Assembly (NCBI GenBank): GCA_965203515.1
Contig: OZ241907.1
Span: 2,816,001-2,880,000 of the forward strand
DNA: 64,000 nucleotides
DNA from: Spirochaetia bacterium
GTDB lineage: Bacteria > Spirochaetota > Spirochaetia > SZUA-6 > Bin103
Direction: 5' to 3'
Position numbers and translations under genes: made by a program. A model generated the notes under the pieces. That model did no database searches and was not told the DNA's origin. It saw only the letters and a list, made by a program, of their open reading frames with translations. Shown in pieces: positions 55,505 through 64,000 of the stretch (its first letter is position 1; the number at the start of each line of letters is the position of its first letter).

Positions 55505-56209
55505 ATGAGTACTCTCAAAGCGCGGACGGCGGTGGTGGAGGACAGGATCGATCGCCTGGAACTGTTGTTCGAACGGCTCATGGAGCAGAACGCGGCTTCC
55601 CTGCGCAGCATCGAGCACGCCATCGAGGAGCTGAAGGCGGAGGCGGCCCGTGACCGTGAGGAGGCGGCCCGTTACCGCGCGGAGGACCGCGCGGAGGCGG
55701 CCCGAGATCGGAAAGCGATGAATCGGCGCTGGGGCGAGCTGGCCAACAAGATGGGCACCGTCGTGCAGGACATCGTGGCCCCCAGCCTGCGGCGTATCGC
55801 GCGCGACGAACTGGGCTGCGGCGACGAACGCTCGTTCAGCGTCACCATGTCCCGCGTTCGCAGCGACGATCCGCACTGCCGGCGCGAGTTCGACGCGCTC
55901 TACGTGGGGACGCAGGCGGTGCTGCTCAATGAGACCAAGTCGACCGCGCTGAGCGAGTACGCGAAAAAATTCGTGGAGTTTCTGAAGAGCGGGGAGTTCG
56001 GGCTCTACTTTCCGGAGTACCGGGAGCTGCCGTTGGTGGCGGTATTCTCGTCGCTACGCCTGCCGGACGACGTGATCACTTATCTGACGCGGAACGGCAT
56101 CTATGCGGTGTCGATGGGCGAGGAGACGATGCAGGTCCGCAACCGGGATGCCGTATCCGCCCGCAAGCGTATGCCGCCTGACTCGCCTGCCGGGCGGAAC
56201 GCACGATGA
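55505..56209 (+). CDS. Coiled-coil plus PD-(D/E)XK nuclease-like protein, copy D (inverted relative to A and B)
   Basis: Near-identical nuclease domain and conserved upstream cctaccgcgtaggg...aacaggtggtcat. Confidence 0.8.
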   Translation: MSTLKARTAVVEDRIDRLELLFERLMEQNAASLRSIEHAIEELKAEAARDREEAARYRAEDRAEAARDRKAMNRRWGELANKMGTVVQDIVAPSLRRIARDELGCGDERSFSVTMSRVRSDDPHCRREFDALYVGTQAVLLNETKSTALSEYAKKFVEFLKSGEFGLYFPEYRELPLVAVFSSLRLPDDVITYLTRNGIYAVSMGEETMQVRNRDAVSARKRMPPDSPAGRNAR

Positions 56210-56394
56210 CGCTCACCGCCGAGTTTGGGTGAGGCAACACGGCTCCTATGCCTGGATGAGCTCCGATGCTCCTTACCTTTACCTCGCGCGTTTCTACGGG
56301 CTCGTCAGGATCAGCCCCTTTTCCCGACAGCGCCGACGGCAACGAATCGGTGCGGATGCTTTCTTGTTGTCGATGGAACGCGCGTATACGGTAC

Positions 56395-57303
56395 CTACCC
56401 GGCGAGCAGTTGCCGGCCCAGGTCCCAGACGATCACGGCGATGCCCAGGAGCATCACGCCGGCGAACAGGCGGCGGATGCGCGGCCCCCGGAACCGCCTG
56501 GCCAGGCGCACGCCGACCTGCACGCCCAGCACCGACCCGGCGGTGAGGAACAGGACCAGCGGCAACTCCACGTGCCGCTGCCCGGCGTGGCGGAGCGCCC
56601 CGTAGCCGGAGGCGAGCAGTACCTGCACGGCGCTGGTGCCGATCGCGACGTGGGTCGGCACGCCCAGGACGTAGATCAGGAGCGGAAAGTTGACGAACCC
56701 GCCGCCTACCCCCATCAGGCCGGTCAGCACGCCCACGCCAAGGCCCATGGCGAGCGGCACCCAGACCGAGATGCCGGCCAGATCGGAGCGCGGCAGGGCG
56801 ATGACCGGCCGCAGCCGGACGGCCCGCAGCGCCCGCCCCACGCGCGTGTCGACGCCGCCGCCGGACCGGGTCTCGCGCCAGATCAGCACGGCGACCGCCG
56901 CCAGCAGCGCCACGAACAGGCCGCCGAGCACCAAGTCGAGCAGCGTGACGCGGCTGCCGGACACGCCGACTTCGCCGATCGACGCCAGCGCGTTCTGGAT
57001 GCGCACGCCCAGCTCCGCCCCGGCCACCCCCCCGGCGCCGAGCACCAGCCCCAGACGCCACTCCACGTTGCCGGCCCGTCCGTGCCGGTAGGCGGAGACC
57101 GTGCCGGTCAGGAAGATCTGCACCAGATCGGTGCCGACCGCGACCGGGTACGGCACCCCGAACAGCGCCTTGAGCGCCGGCGTGAGCAGAAACCCGCCGC
57201 CCACCCCGAACAGCCCGGTCAGCACGCCGACCGCAAAGCCGAGCAGCACCACGCCCGGCAGCCACGCGTCGACCTGGGCCAGGGGCAGGAACAGCGTCAG
57301 CAT
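56395..57303 (-). CDS. TauE/SafE (TSUP) family membrane protein
   Basis: Twice GL(F/M)GVGGGF, A(V/I)GT; multiple TM helices. Confidence 0.85.
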   Translation of the reverse strand: MLTLFLPLAQVDAWLPGVVLLGFAVGVLTGLFGVGGGFLLTPALKALFGVPYPVAVGTDLVQIFLTGTVSAYRHGRAGNVEWRLGLVLGAGGVAGAELGVRIQNALASIGEVGVSGSRVTLLDLVLGGLFVALLAAVAVLIWRETRSGGGVDTRVGRALRAVRLRPVIALPRSDLAGISVWVPLAMGLGVGVLTGLMGVGGGFVNFPLLIYVLGVPTHVAIGTSAVQVLLASGYGALRHAGQRHVELPLVLFLTAGSVLGVQVGVRLARRFRGPRIRRLFAGVMLLGIAVIVWDLGRQLLAG

Positions 57304-57353
57304 CGCGCCCGCACCTTACCCCGGCGCGCGCCGCGCACGGCGGCCGGACGGCC

Positions 57354-58208
57354 TCAGAAGGCGACCGGCGTCACCGCCACCCAGTAGTAGACCAGATAGA
57401 CGCCGGCGCCGAGCAGGAACAGCACGCCGACGTGGTTGGCGAACGGCAGCAGCGCCCGCAGCCGCTGCGCCAGCGTGTCACGCAACAACGCCGCGCCCAG
57501 GGTGACCGCCGTGATCACCGCTCCCATGCCGAGCGCGTAGCTGGCGAACTGCGCCAGGGTGATCAGCAGCCCGCCGGCGGTCAACGCCGTCGATACCACC
57601 AGCAGGAAGATCGGCAGCGCGCAGCTCAGCGACGCGATGGCGTAGCTCATGCCGAACAACAGCGCGTTCCCGGTGTTGCGCCGGGGCGTGACGTGCACGC
57701 GGCTGGCGGCGGCGATGCCGATCTTGCGGCCGGTGATCAGCAGCCACAGCGCCAGCGCCGCCATGCCGGCTCCGGTCGCCGTGGCCGCATACGGCAGGAC
57801 CGGCCCCAACGCCTGCCCGGCCAGCGCCACCACCGCGCCGACCGGCGCCACCACCGCCACGAACCCCGCGGTGGCGGCGGCGGCGATGCGGACCGCCGCC
57901 AGCATGCGCCGCAGCCGCGGCGCGGCCCGGTAGCCCGATTCCTGCGTGCCGAGCTGCAGCGACAGGTAGGTCGGCAGCATGATGAATCCGCACGGGTTGA
58001 CGCAGGCGACCATGCCGGCCCCGAACGCGGTGCCCAGCCGCACCGAGCGGGCCAGCTCGGTGGCCGCCTGCTCCGCGCCCGCCTGCAGGCGCGCGAGCAG
58101 GTAGACCGCGGCGACCACCGCGACGGCCGGCGCCGCGTAGTACCAGAGCAGACGCCGCCAGCCGCCGGTCGCCGGGCGGGACCGGTCGGCGGTCCCTGCG
58201 GTCGCCAC
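57354..58208 (-). CDS. Cytochrome c biogenesis CcdA/DsbD-like membrane protein
   Basis: NPCGFIMLP and SLSCALP cysteine motifs within TM segments. Confidence 0.8.
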   Translation of the reverse strand: MATAGTADRSRPATGGWRRLLWYYAAPAVAVVAAVYLLARLQAGAEQAATELARSVRLGTAFGAGMVACVNPCGFIMLPTYLSLQLGTQESGYRAAPRLRRMLAAVRIAAAATAGFVAVVAPVGAVVALAGQALGPVLPYAATATGAGMAALALWLLITGRKIGIAAASRVHVTPRRNTGNALLFGMSYAIASLSCALPIFLLVVSTALTAGGLLITLAQFASYALGMGAVITAVTLGAALLRDTLAQRLRALLPFANHVGVLFLLGAGVYLVYYWVAVTPVAF

Positions 58209-58212
58209 CGGC

Positions 58213-58788
58213 CTACGGCTCGGCGTCGAGCAGGGCGCCGCCCAACTCCTCCAGCTTGTCCTTCGTCAGCAAGCCGGTCCAGGTGTGCGCGATCCGCCCC
58301 GCGGAGTCGATGAAGTAGGTGGCCGGAAGACCCAGCAACTCGTATGCCTCCTGGACGTGGCCGTCGGCGGTGGTCACCGCCGGGTAGGTAATCGAAAGCG
58401 CGTGCAGCAGCGACAGCGCGTGCTCCGGCAGGCCGAGGTTGGCCAGCGCGCCGATGTCGACGCCCAGCATCAGCACCTGCTTGCGATGCCTGTCGTAGTA
58501 CGCCTGCAGATCCGGCATCTCGACCTGGCACGGCGGGCATTGCGCGGCCCAGAAGTTGAGGATGATCGGCCTGCCCAGCGCGACCACGTCGCTGAGGCGC
58601 AGCTCCCGGCCGCCGAGCTCCTTCTCGCCCTGGTATGCCTCGAACGCGAAGTCGGGGGCGATCGGCAGGTCCTCCCGCACCGGGCGGGCTCCGTCTCCCC
58701 CGCCGTTCCGGCCGCCGCAGCCGGCCAGCAGCAGTGCCGCGGCCGCAGCGAACAGCAGCGCGCGCATACCCCGTGGTGAACGAGCCAT
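58213..58788 (-). CDS. TlpA/ResA-like thiol-disulfide lipoprotein
   Basis: Lipobox LAGC, NFWAAQCPPC..EMP, LPATYFID. Confidence 0.88.
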   Translation of the reverse strand: MARSPRGMRALLFAAAAALLLAGCGGRNGGGDGARPVREDLPIAPDFAFEAYQGEKELGGRELRLSDVVALGRPIILNFWAAQCPPCQVEMPDLQAYYDRHRKQVLMLGVDIGALANLGLPEHALSLLHALSITYPAVTTADGHVQEAYELLGLPATYFIDSAGRIAHTWTGLLTKDKLEELGGALLDAEP

Positions 58789-58799
58789 CGCCTTTCCCT

Positions 58800-60311
58800 T
58801 CAGTCGACGCCGGCCGCCGGCCGCCCCTTACCCGCGCCGTCCCCCCACGGCGCCGCCAGGCCGAGCGCCCGCAGCGTGACCTCCGCTTCCGCGCGCTCGC
58901 GATTGCGGGCCAGGCGGCCGCGCTCCCCCGTGCGCTCGCCGGCGCGCTCCGCCAACCATCCGGCCGCGCGCGCGATCGATATCCCCGCCTCGACGTCGCC
59001 GGCGGTCAGCGCGGCGACCAGCTCGGTCTCGATGCGGCTCAGGCTGGTCGCGCGCAGCCGGTAGTCGCAGAACGCCTCCCAGGCGAGCGGGCACCAGCGG
59101 GCGACCACCTCCGTGCCGATCACCCGCGCATAGCGGCGTATCTCCAGCTGCGCGTGATCGTCCATGCGCAGCGCCAGGAAATGGAGCAGGTTGTGCAGGT
59201 CGATCTTCCAGTACGCCTCGGTATAGGTCGACAGCGGCAGGTCCTTGCGCGCCTGCTCGCGCGCGACGCCGGCGTCGAGCCGCTCCCGGTAGACCTGACG
59301 CGCCTGCCGCTGCAGGTCCGCCTCCGCCGCGCTCAGCCGCTCGCCGGCCGAGCGGTCGACCAGCCCGCCCGATCCCTGCCGGTTGCCGGCCGCCTGCGTG
59401 CGCCATTCGGCGGGCGGCGTGGCCTGCGCGGCGTCGATGGCGATCGAGTAGCGGGTCGAGACCTCGTTGACGGACGCGGTGCGGTGGCGGATCCACTGCC
59501 GCCAGGCGTCCATCGGCACCCGCACGTGCAGCTTCAGCTCGCACATCTCGAACGGCGTGGTGTGGCGGTGGCGCATCAGGTAGCGGATCAGCCCGCGGTC
59601 ATCGCTCACCCGGCGGGTGCCCGCGCCGTAGGAGACGCGCGCTGCCTGCACGATCGCGGCGTCGTTGCCCAGGTAATCGACGACGCGCACGAATCCATCG
59701 TCCGGCACGTCGAGCCGGCGGCCCAGGAGCCGGTCGAGCGCGGCGGCGTGCGGCCGCTGCAGCGCGTGCTCTACCGAAGGTCCGGTTTCTACCGAAGGTC
59801 CGGTTTCTACCGAAGGTCCGGTTTCTACCGAAGGTCCGGTTTCTACCGAAGGTCCGTGCTCGGCAGACGGTCCGTGCTCGGCGCGGGGGGCGCCGCCGCC
59901 CGCTTCCAGAAAGCGAGCCGCGCGCTCGACCACGCGGGCGGCTTCCGGAAAGGTGAGCAGCTCGCAGACGCGCGGCAGCGGCAGCCAGCGGTAGTCGGCC
60001 AGCTCCTCGGCCTGCAGGCGGACGTCGTCCGCGCCGGCGTCGGCCAGGAAGTAGATCACCAGCTTGTCGTCCCCGGACGGCAGGCGGTAGCGCACCTCTT
60101 CGCGAAAGCCCGGGAGGAAGCTCACGCCGCGCAGGCCGACCTCCTCGGCGATCTCGCGCCGGGCGGCCTGCGGCACGGTCTCGCCCGCTTCGAGCCGACC
60201 CTTGACCAGTCCCCAGTAGCCGCGCTGCGACCGCGACTCCACCGCCAGGAAGTGCAGGGCGCCGTCGATCCACCGGAAGAGCGCTGCGCCGCTCGCGGTC
60301 ACCTGAGCCAT
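58800..60311 (-). CDS. thyX: Fusion of a Nudix hydrolase and FAD-dependent thymidylate synthase
   Basis: Nudix box GRLEAGETVPQAARREIAEEVGL; ThyX AARVSYG, HTTPFE, RQWIRHRTASVNEVSTRY, EQARKDLP, HAQLEIR. Confidence 0.88.
   Translation of the reverse strand: MAQVTASGAALFRWIDGALHFLAVESRSQRGYWGLVKGRLEAGETVPQAARREIAEEVGLRGVSFLPGFREEVRYRLPSGDDKLVIYFLADAGADDVRLQAEELADYRWLPLPRVCELLTFPEAARVVERAARFLEAGGGAPRAEHGPSAEHGPSVETGPSVETGPSVETGPSVETGPSVEHALQRPHAAALDRLLGRRLDVPDDGFVRVVDYLGNDAAIVQAARVSYGAGTRRVSDDRGLIRYLMRHRHTTPFEMCELKLHVRVPMDAWRQWIRHRTASVNEVSTRYSIAIDAAQATPPAEWRTQAAGNRQGSGGLVDRSAGERLSAAEADLQRQARQVYRERLDAGVAREQARKDLPLSTYTEAYWKIDLHNLLHFLALRMDDHAQLEIRRYARVIGTEVVARWCPLAWEAFCDYRLRATSLSRIETELVAALTAGDVEAGISIARAAGWLAERAGERTGERGRLARNRERAEAEVTLRALGLAAPWGDGAGKGRPAAGVD
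59770..59877. repeat. Six 18-bp tandem repeats (four perfect) forming the Nudix-ThyX linker
   Basis: tctaccgaaggtccggtt x4 plus two variants; encodes (A/V)E(H/T)GPS. Confidence 0.92.
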
Positions 60312-60324
60312 CGCGGCGGCGATT

Positions 60325-61314
60325 CTACTCCACCGGCGCCTGCTCCACCGTCAGGACGACCTTGCCCACGTTCCCAAAGCGCTCGACCAGCGCGTGCGCG
60401 TCGCCGGCCCGCCGGATCGGCATCGTGCGGTCGATGATCGGCCGCAGCCGCCCGCCGGCGAACAGCGGCAGGAAGCGCCGCGCGAATCCGGCGGTGATCG
60501 CCGCCTTCTCCCGGTCGGAGCGGCTGCGCAGCACCGAGCCGATCAGCCGCAGCCGCCGGCGCATCAGCGCGGCCAGATCGACCGTCCCGGCCGCTCCCCC
60601 CAGCGTCGCCAGCAGGACCAGCCGGCCGCAGGGGGACAGCACCCGCAGGTTGCGCTCCAGGTAGGGGGCTCCGACGATGTCGAGCACCACGTCCACGCCG
60701 CCCCACGCCGCCGCGATCTCCGCGGCGAAGTCCTGCCGCACGTGGTCGATGGCGAGCTCGGCGCCCAGCCGCCGGCACGCCGCCAGCTTGCGATCGTCGC
60801 GCGCCGTGACCGCCACCCGCGCGCCCGCGCACCGGGCAAGCTGGATGGCGGCCGTGCCGACCCCGCTGGCGCCGCCATGGATCAGCACCGATTCGCCGGC
60901 CTGCAGGTCGGCTTCCCGGAACAGGTTCACGAACGCCGTGAGAAACGCCTCCGGCACCGCCGCCGCCTCCGTCAGGGAGAGCCGGTCCGGCACGCGCATC
61001 AGGCTGCCGGCGGGGACCGGGCAGCGCTCCGCGTAGGCGCCGCCGGCGACGATCGCGCAGACCCGATCGCCGGCCGACCATCCCGCCACGCCGGCGCCGA
61101 GCCGGACGATCCGCCCGGCCAGCTCCAGGCCCAGGGTGGCGGGCGCGCCGGGCGGAGGAGGGTAGCGGCCGGCGCGCTGCAGCAGGTCGGCGCGGTTCAC
61201 GGCGGTGGCGGCGACCCGGACCAGGACGTGACCGGCCCGCGGCGGCGCCGGCTCGGCCGCCTCCTGCCAGCGCAGGGAGCGGGCCGGATCGTCGCCGACG
61301 ACGATCGCCTGCAC
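60325..61314 (-). CDS. NAD(P)H-quinone oxidoreductase, PIG3 family
   Basis: VNRADLLQRAGRYPPPPG, LGLE, HGGASGVG, GKVVL. Confidence 0.9.
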   Translation of the reverse strand: MQAIVVGDDPARSLRWQEAAEPAPPRAGHVLVRVAATAVNRADLLQRAGRYPPPPGAPATLGLELAGRIVRLGAGVAGWSAGDRVCAIVAGGAYAERCPVPAGSLMRVPDRLSLTEAAAVPEAFLTAFVNLFREADLQAGESVLIHGGASGVGTAAIQLARCAGARVAVTARDDRKLAACRRLGAELAIDHVRQDFAAEIAAAWGGVDVVLDIVGAPYLERNLRVLSPCGRLVLLATLGGAAGTVDLAALMRRRLRLIGSVLRSRSDREKAAITAGFARRFLPLFAGGRLRPIIDRTMPIRRAGDAHALVERFGNVGKVVLTVEQAPVE

Positions 61315-61316
61315 GG

Positions 61317-62012
61317 TCAGCCCTGCAGGTTGGCGATGGCGGTGCGCGAGCCCTCGGGGCCGGCGAACCGCACCAGCACGCTCACCAGCAGGGGGCCGGC
61401 CAGCGCCTCCCGGAAGCGGGCGCAGGTCGCCTCCGGGTCGGCATCGAAGCGCACGCAGAGCGGATCGCCCGCAAACGGCGCCGGTTCCCCCGGACCGCCG
61501 GCATAGGTGGTCACGCACCGCCCGCTGCCCGGCGGCAACCCCTCGCAGGCAAAGACGCTGCGCTCGGTCACCGCCGCGCCGTCGACGCGGCGCGCGCGGA
61601 CCACCCCCAGACGGCACGCGCCCGGCGCGCCGGTATCGATCGCGCCGGCGATGCGCGGCGTGGCGAGCTCGTCCGGCTCCGCGCACCACGGCTGCAGCGC
61701 CCGCTCCAGCGTCTGCCCCGCGCACAGAGCGTCGAGGATCGGCCGGGTCTGCTCGCCGTTGCTCACCACGTGCGTCCCGCCGCGGCTCATCAGCAGCGGA
61801 TAGAGCACCAGCGCCGGGTCGCCGCCGCGGCCGGGGTCGATGAACTCGGTCCGCACCGTGCCGTCGCCGGACGCCGCCAGCCGCCGGTTGCGGCTGCGCT
61901 CGCTGCGGCCGGTGATCCAGTAGACGATCGCCGCGCCGCCGCCGGGCGCCGGGCCCAGCGCCAGGCCGCGCCCGCGATAGCCGCCGTCGGCCAGCCGCGC
62001 CAAACCGTCCAT
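61317..62012 (-). CDS. IMP cyclohydrolase-like protein (PurO/Ntn fold)
   Basis: YRGRG, YWITGRS..SRNR, VVSNGEQT, EPD..TPRI, TTY. Confidence 0.75.
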   Translation of the reverse strand: MDGLARLADGGYRGRGLALGPAPGGGAAIVYWITGRSERSRNRRLAASGDGTVRTEFIDPGRGGDPALVLYPLLMSRGGTHVVSNGEQTRPILDALCAGQTLERALQPWCAEPDELATPRIAGAIDTGAPGACRLGVVRARRVDGAAVTERSVFACEGLPPGSGRCVTTYAGGPGEPAPFAGDPLCVRFDADPEATCARFREALAGPLLVSVLVRFAGPEGSRTAIANLQG

Positions 62013-62025
62013 CGCTGCCGGCGCG

Positions 62026-62421
62026 CTACGGGAGCGCCGCGCGGATGCGCGCGGCCTCGGCGGCCAGCGCCTCGTCCCCCGGGTGCGGGCCGGCGTTGGC
62101 GAAGTCGAGGTCGCGCATCCGGTCCATCGGGCTCACGTGGACGTGGACGTGCGGCACCTCCAGGCCGGCGATCAGCAACCCGATCCGGGTGGGCCGGTAC
62201 GCCGCCTGCTGGGCGCGCGCGATGGTGCGCGCCACGCCCATCATCGCCGCCAGGGTCCGTTCGTCGAGGTCGATCCAGTGATCGACCTCGACGCGCGGCA
62301 CCACCAGTGTGTGGCCGGGGCGCAGCGGCTCGATCGACAGGAAGGCGACGCACCGATCGTCCTGCCACACGAAGTGCGCCGGCAGCTCGCCGGCGATGAT
62401 GCGGGTGAAGACGCTTGCCAT
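62026..62421 (-). CDS. HIT family hydrolase
   Basis: SVFTRII, PGHTLVVP, EVPHVHVH. Confidence 0.92.
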   Translation of the reverse strand: MASVFTRIIAGELPAHFVWQDDRCVAFLSIEPLRPGHTLVVPRVEVDHWIDLDERTLAAMMGVARTIARAQQAAYRPTRIGLLIAGLEVPHVHVHVSPMDRMRDLDFANAGPHPGDEALAAEAARIRAALP

Positions 62422-62472
62422 GACGAAGGCAGTGTAACCCGCGCGACGATCGCGCTATGCTGCGGGCCTCGC

Positions 62473-63516
62473 ATGGACCGTATCCGCTCGCTCAACGTGC
62501 CGCTGCTCATCATCGCCGTCATCGCCGTCGGCGTGGCGCTGAAACTCGCGCAGCCGGTGCTGACGCTGTTCCTGGTGGCGCTGATGCTGGCCTACCTGAT
62601 CGATCCGGTGCTGGTGATGATACGCAACCACCTCACCCTGCCGCTGTGGGCGGCGGTCCCCCTGACCGGCATCCTGTCGCTGGCCGCGCTTTCCGGCATC
62701 GGTCTGATCATCTTCGTCAGCCTGGTCGAGTTCACCAGAGACTTCGACTCCTATCAGCCGCGCATCGCGCAGACCCTGGAGGACGGGATGGCCTTCGTCT
62801 CGCGCATCACCGGAGTGGAGATCTCGCTCGACCCGCTGGAAGAGCTCCGCAACCTGCTGCTGTCGTCCCTGGACCGGCTGGCGACCGCGGCGCAGTCGGT
62901 GCTGCGCGGCGTCACCTCGTTCGTGATGGTCTTCTTCTTCGCGCTCCTGTTCCTGTCGGGAAAGCACCTCATGGCGCTGCGCGTCCACGACGCCTTCCCG
63001 GATGGGCACAGCTCGGTGCCGGACATCCTGCGCGAGATCGACCGTTCGCTGCGCCGGTTCATCGGCGTCAAGACCCTGATCAGCCTGGCGGTCGGCACCG
63101 CCACCACCCTGATCCTGCTGGCGTTCGGGGTCCGCTTCGCCGTGGTGTGGGGATTGCTCACCTTCCTGCTCAACTTCATCCCCACCGTCGGCTCGATCAC
63201 CGCGGTCGCCGCCATATCGTTGTTCTCCTTCGCGCAGTTCGGCGTCGGCCTGACGCCGGTCGCGGCGATCGGGTGCGTGGTGGCGGCGCAGGTCGTCACC
63301 GGCAGCATTCTGGAGCCCAAGCTGCTCGGCGACGCGTTGAACCTGTCGTTGCTGATCGTGTTCGTCTTCCTGTTCTTCTGGGGGTGGCTGTGGGGTCCGG
63401 TCGGCGCGCTGCTGGCGGTGCCGATGACCGCGGCGCTGCGCATCGTACTGGCCAACGTACCGGCGACCGCGGCGTTCACCCGGCTCATGGAGGGCCGGCG
63501 GCGCGCGTCCTCCTGA
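62473..63516 (+). CDS. AI-2E family transporter
   Basis: LNFIPTVG, ILEPKLLG..LNLS, FWGWLWGPVGALLAVP. Confidence 0.9.
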   Translation: MDRIRSLNVPLLIIAVIAVGVALKLAQPVLTLFLVALMLAYLIDPVLVMIRNHLTLPLWAAVPLTGILSLAALSGIGLIIFVSLVEFTRDFDSYQPRIAQTLEDGMAFVSRITGVEISLDPLEELRNLLLSSLDRLATAAQSVLRGVTSFVMVFFFALLFLSGKHLMALRVHDAFPDGHSSVPDILREIDRSLRRFIGVKTLISLAVGTATTLILLAFGVRFAVVWGLLTFLLNFIPTVGSITAVAAISLFSFAQFGVGLTPVAAIGCVVAAQVVTGSILEPKLLGDALNLSLLIVFVFLFFWGWLWGPVGALLAVPMTAALRIVLANVPATAAFTRLMEGRRRASS

Positions 63517-63526
63517 GGCGGCCGGC

Positions 63527-64000
63527 GTGGCTGAGGCGTTGCGGGTCGACGGTCTGTGGGTGCGCCGCGGCGGGCGCGCGGTGCTGCGCGGGGTCAGCCT
63601 GGAGCTGGCCGCCGGGACCGGGCTGCTGATCACCGGCGCCAACGGAGCCGGCAAGACCACGCTGCTGCGGGCGATCCTGGGGTTCCTGGCGCCGCAGCGC
63701 GGCACGGTCACCTTCGGCGGGCGCCCGGTGCGCTCGCCGGCGGCCGGCTACGTGCCGCAGGGTTCCCCGGCCGGCGACCTGCCGATCGCCGCCGCCGAGG
63801 TGGTGGAGATCGGCACGGCGGCGCGGCGCCTGCGCGCCGCTGAGCGCCGCCGCGCCGTGGCCGCCGCCATGGACGATACGCAGTGCCGGCACCTGCGCCG
63901 GCGCCGGTACGCGGAGTTGTCCGGCGGCGAGCGGCAGCGCGTGTCGCTGGCCCGGTGCCTGGCGCAGGACGCGCGGCTGCTGCTGCTGGACGAGCCGACG
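63527..64000 (+). CDS. Metal-type ABC transporter ATP-binding protein (partial, runs off window)
   Basis: GANGAGKTT, GYVPQ, LSGGERQR, LLDEPT; not in the ORF track because there is no stop codon in the window. Confidence 0.85.
   Translation, partial: MAEALRVDGLWVRRGGRAVLRGVSLELAAGTGLLITGANGAGKTTLLRAILGFLAPQRGTVTFGGRPVRSPAAGYVPQGSPAGDLPIAAAEVVEIGTAARRLRAAERRRAVAAAMDDTQCRHLRRRRYAELSGGERQRVSLARCLAQDARLLLLDEPT

Noticed and set aside
52685..55876. 1063-aa ORF
   Set aside because: Only the last ~263 aa (aldolase) look real; the rest is off-frame across other genes
59770..59877. Possible CRISPR array
   Set aside because: Contiguous 18-bp units without spacers, in frame within a CDS; no cas genes in the window

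Overview
64 kb of a very GC-rich bacterial chromosome (about 70% by eye). The gene content would fit an uncultured, possibly host-associated Spirochaetia-like lineage, but that is only an inference. Most of the window is housekeeping and metabolic genes: ABC transporters, D-aminoacylase, tRNA-Leu(CAG), hisD, hisS, hpt, a KamA radical SAM enzyme, fpg, larA, thyX, ccdA/TlpA, and an FMN-riboswitch-controlled riboflavin operon with a fused riboflavin synthase-DHBP synthase. Two accessory zones stand out. The first is a lower-GC RloA/RloB-like pair next to the tRNA-Leu 3' end. The second is a ~19 kb defence-like island (~32.9-51.7 kb). It carries a PLD-SNF2 helicase plus N6-adenine methyltransferase pair, a nucleoside-deoxyribosyltransferase/TIR-like protein, McrBC with a tiny coupled upstream ORF, and an XPB helicase pair. 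The most unusual signals are: four near-identical, mosaic copies of a coiled-coil/PD-(D/E)XK nuclease gene with variable repeat length; two Bdr-like coiled-coil/TM paralogues with variable heptad number; a Nudix-ThyX fusion joined by an 18-bp tandem-repeat linker; a duplicated promoter/5' segment that appears to have captured a GNAT gene; and many apparently leaderless genes. All calls come from motif reading only, no database searches were run, and many start codons were adjusted by eye.
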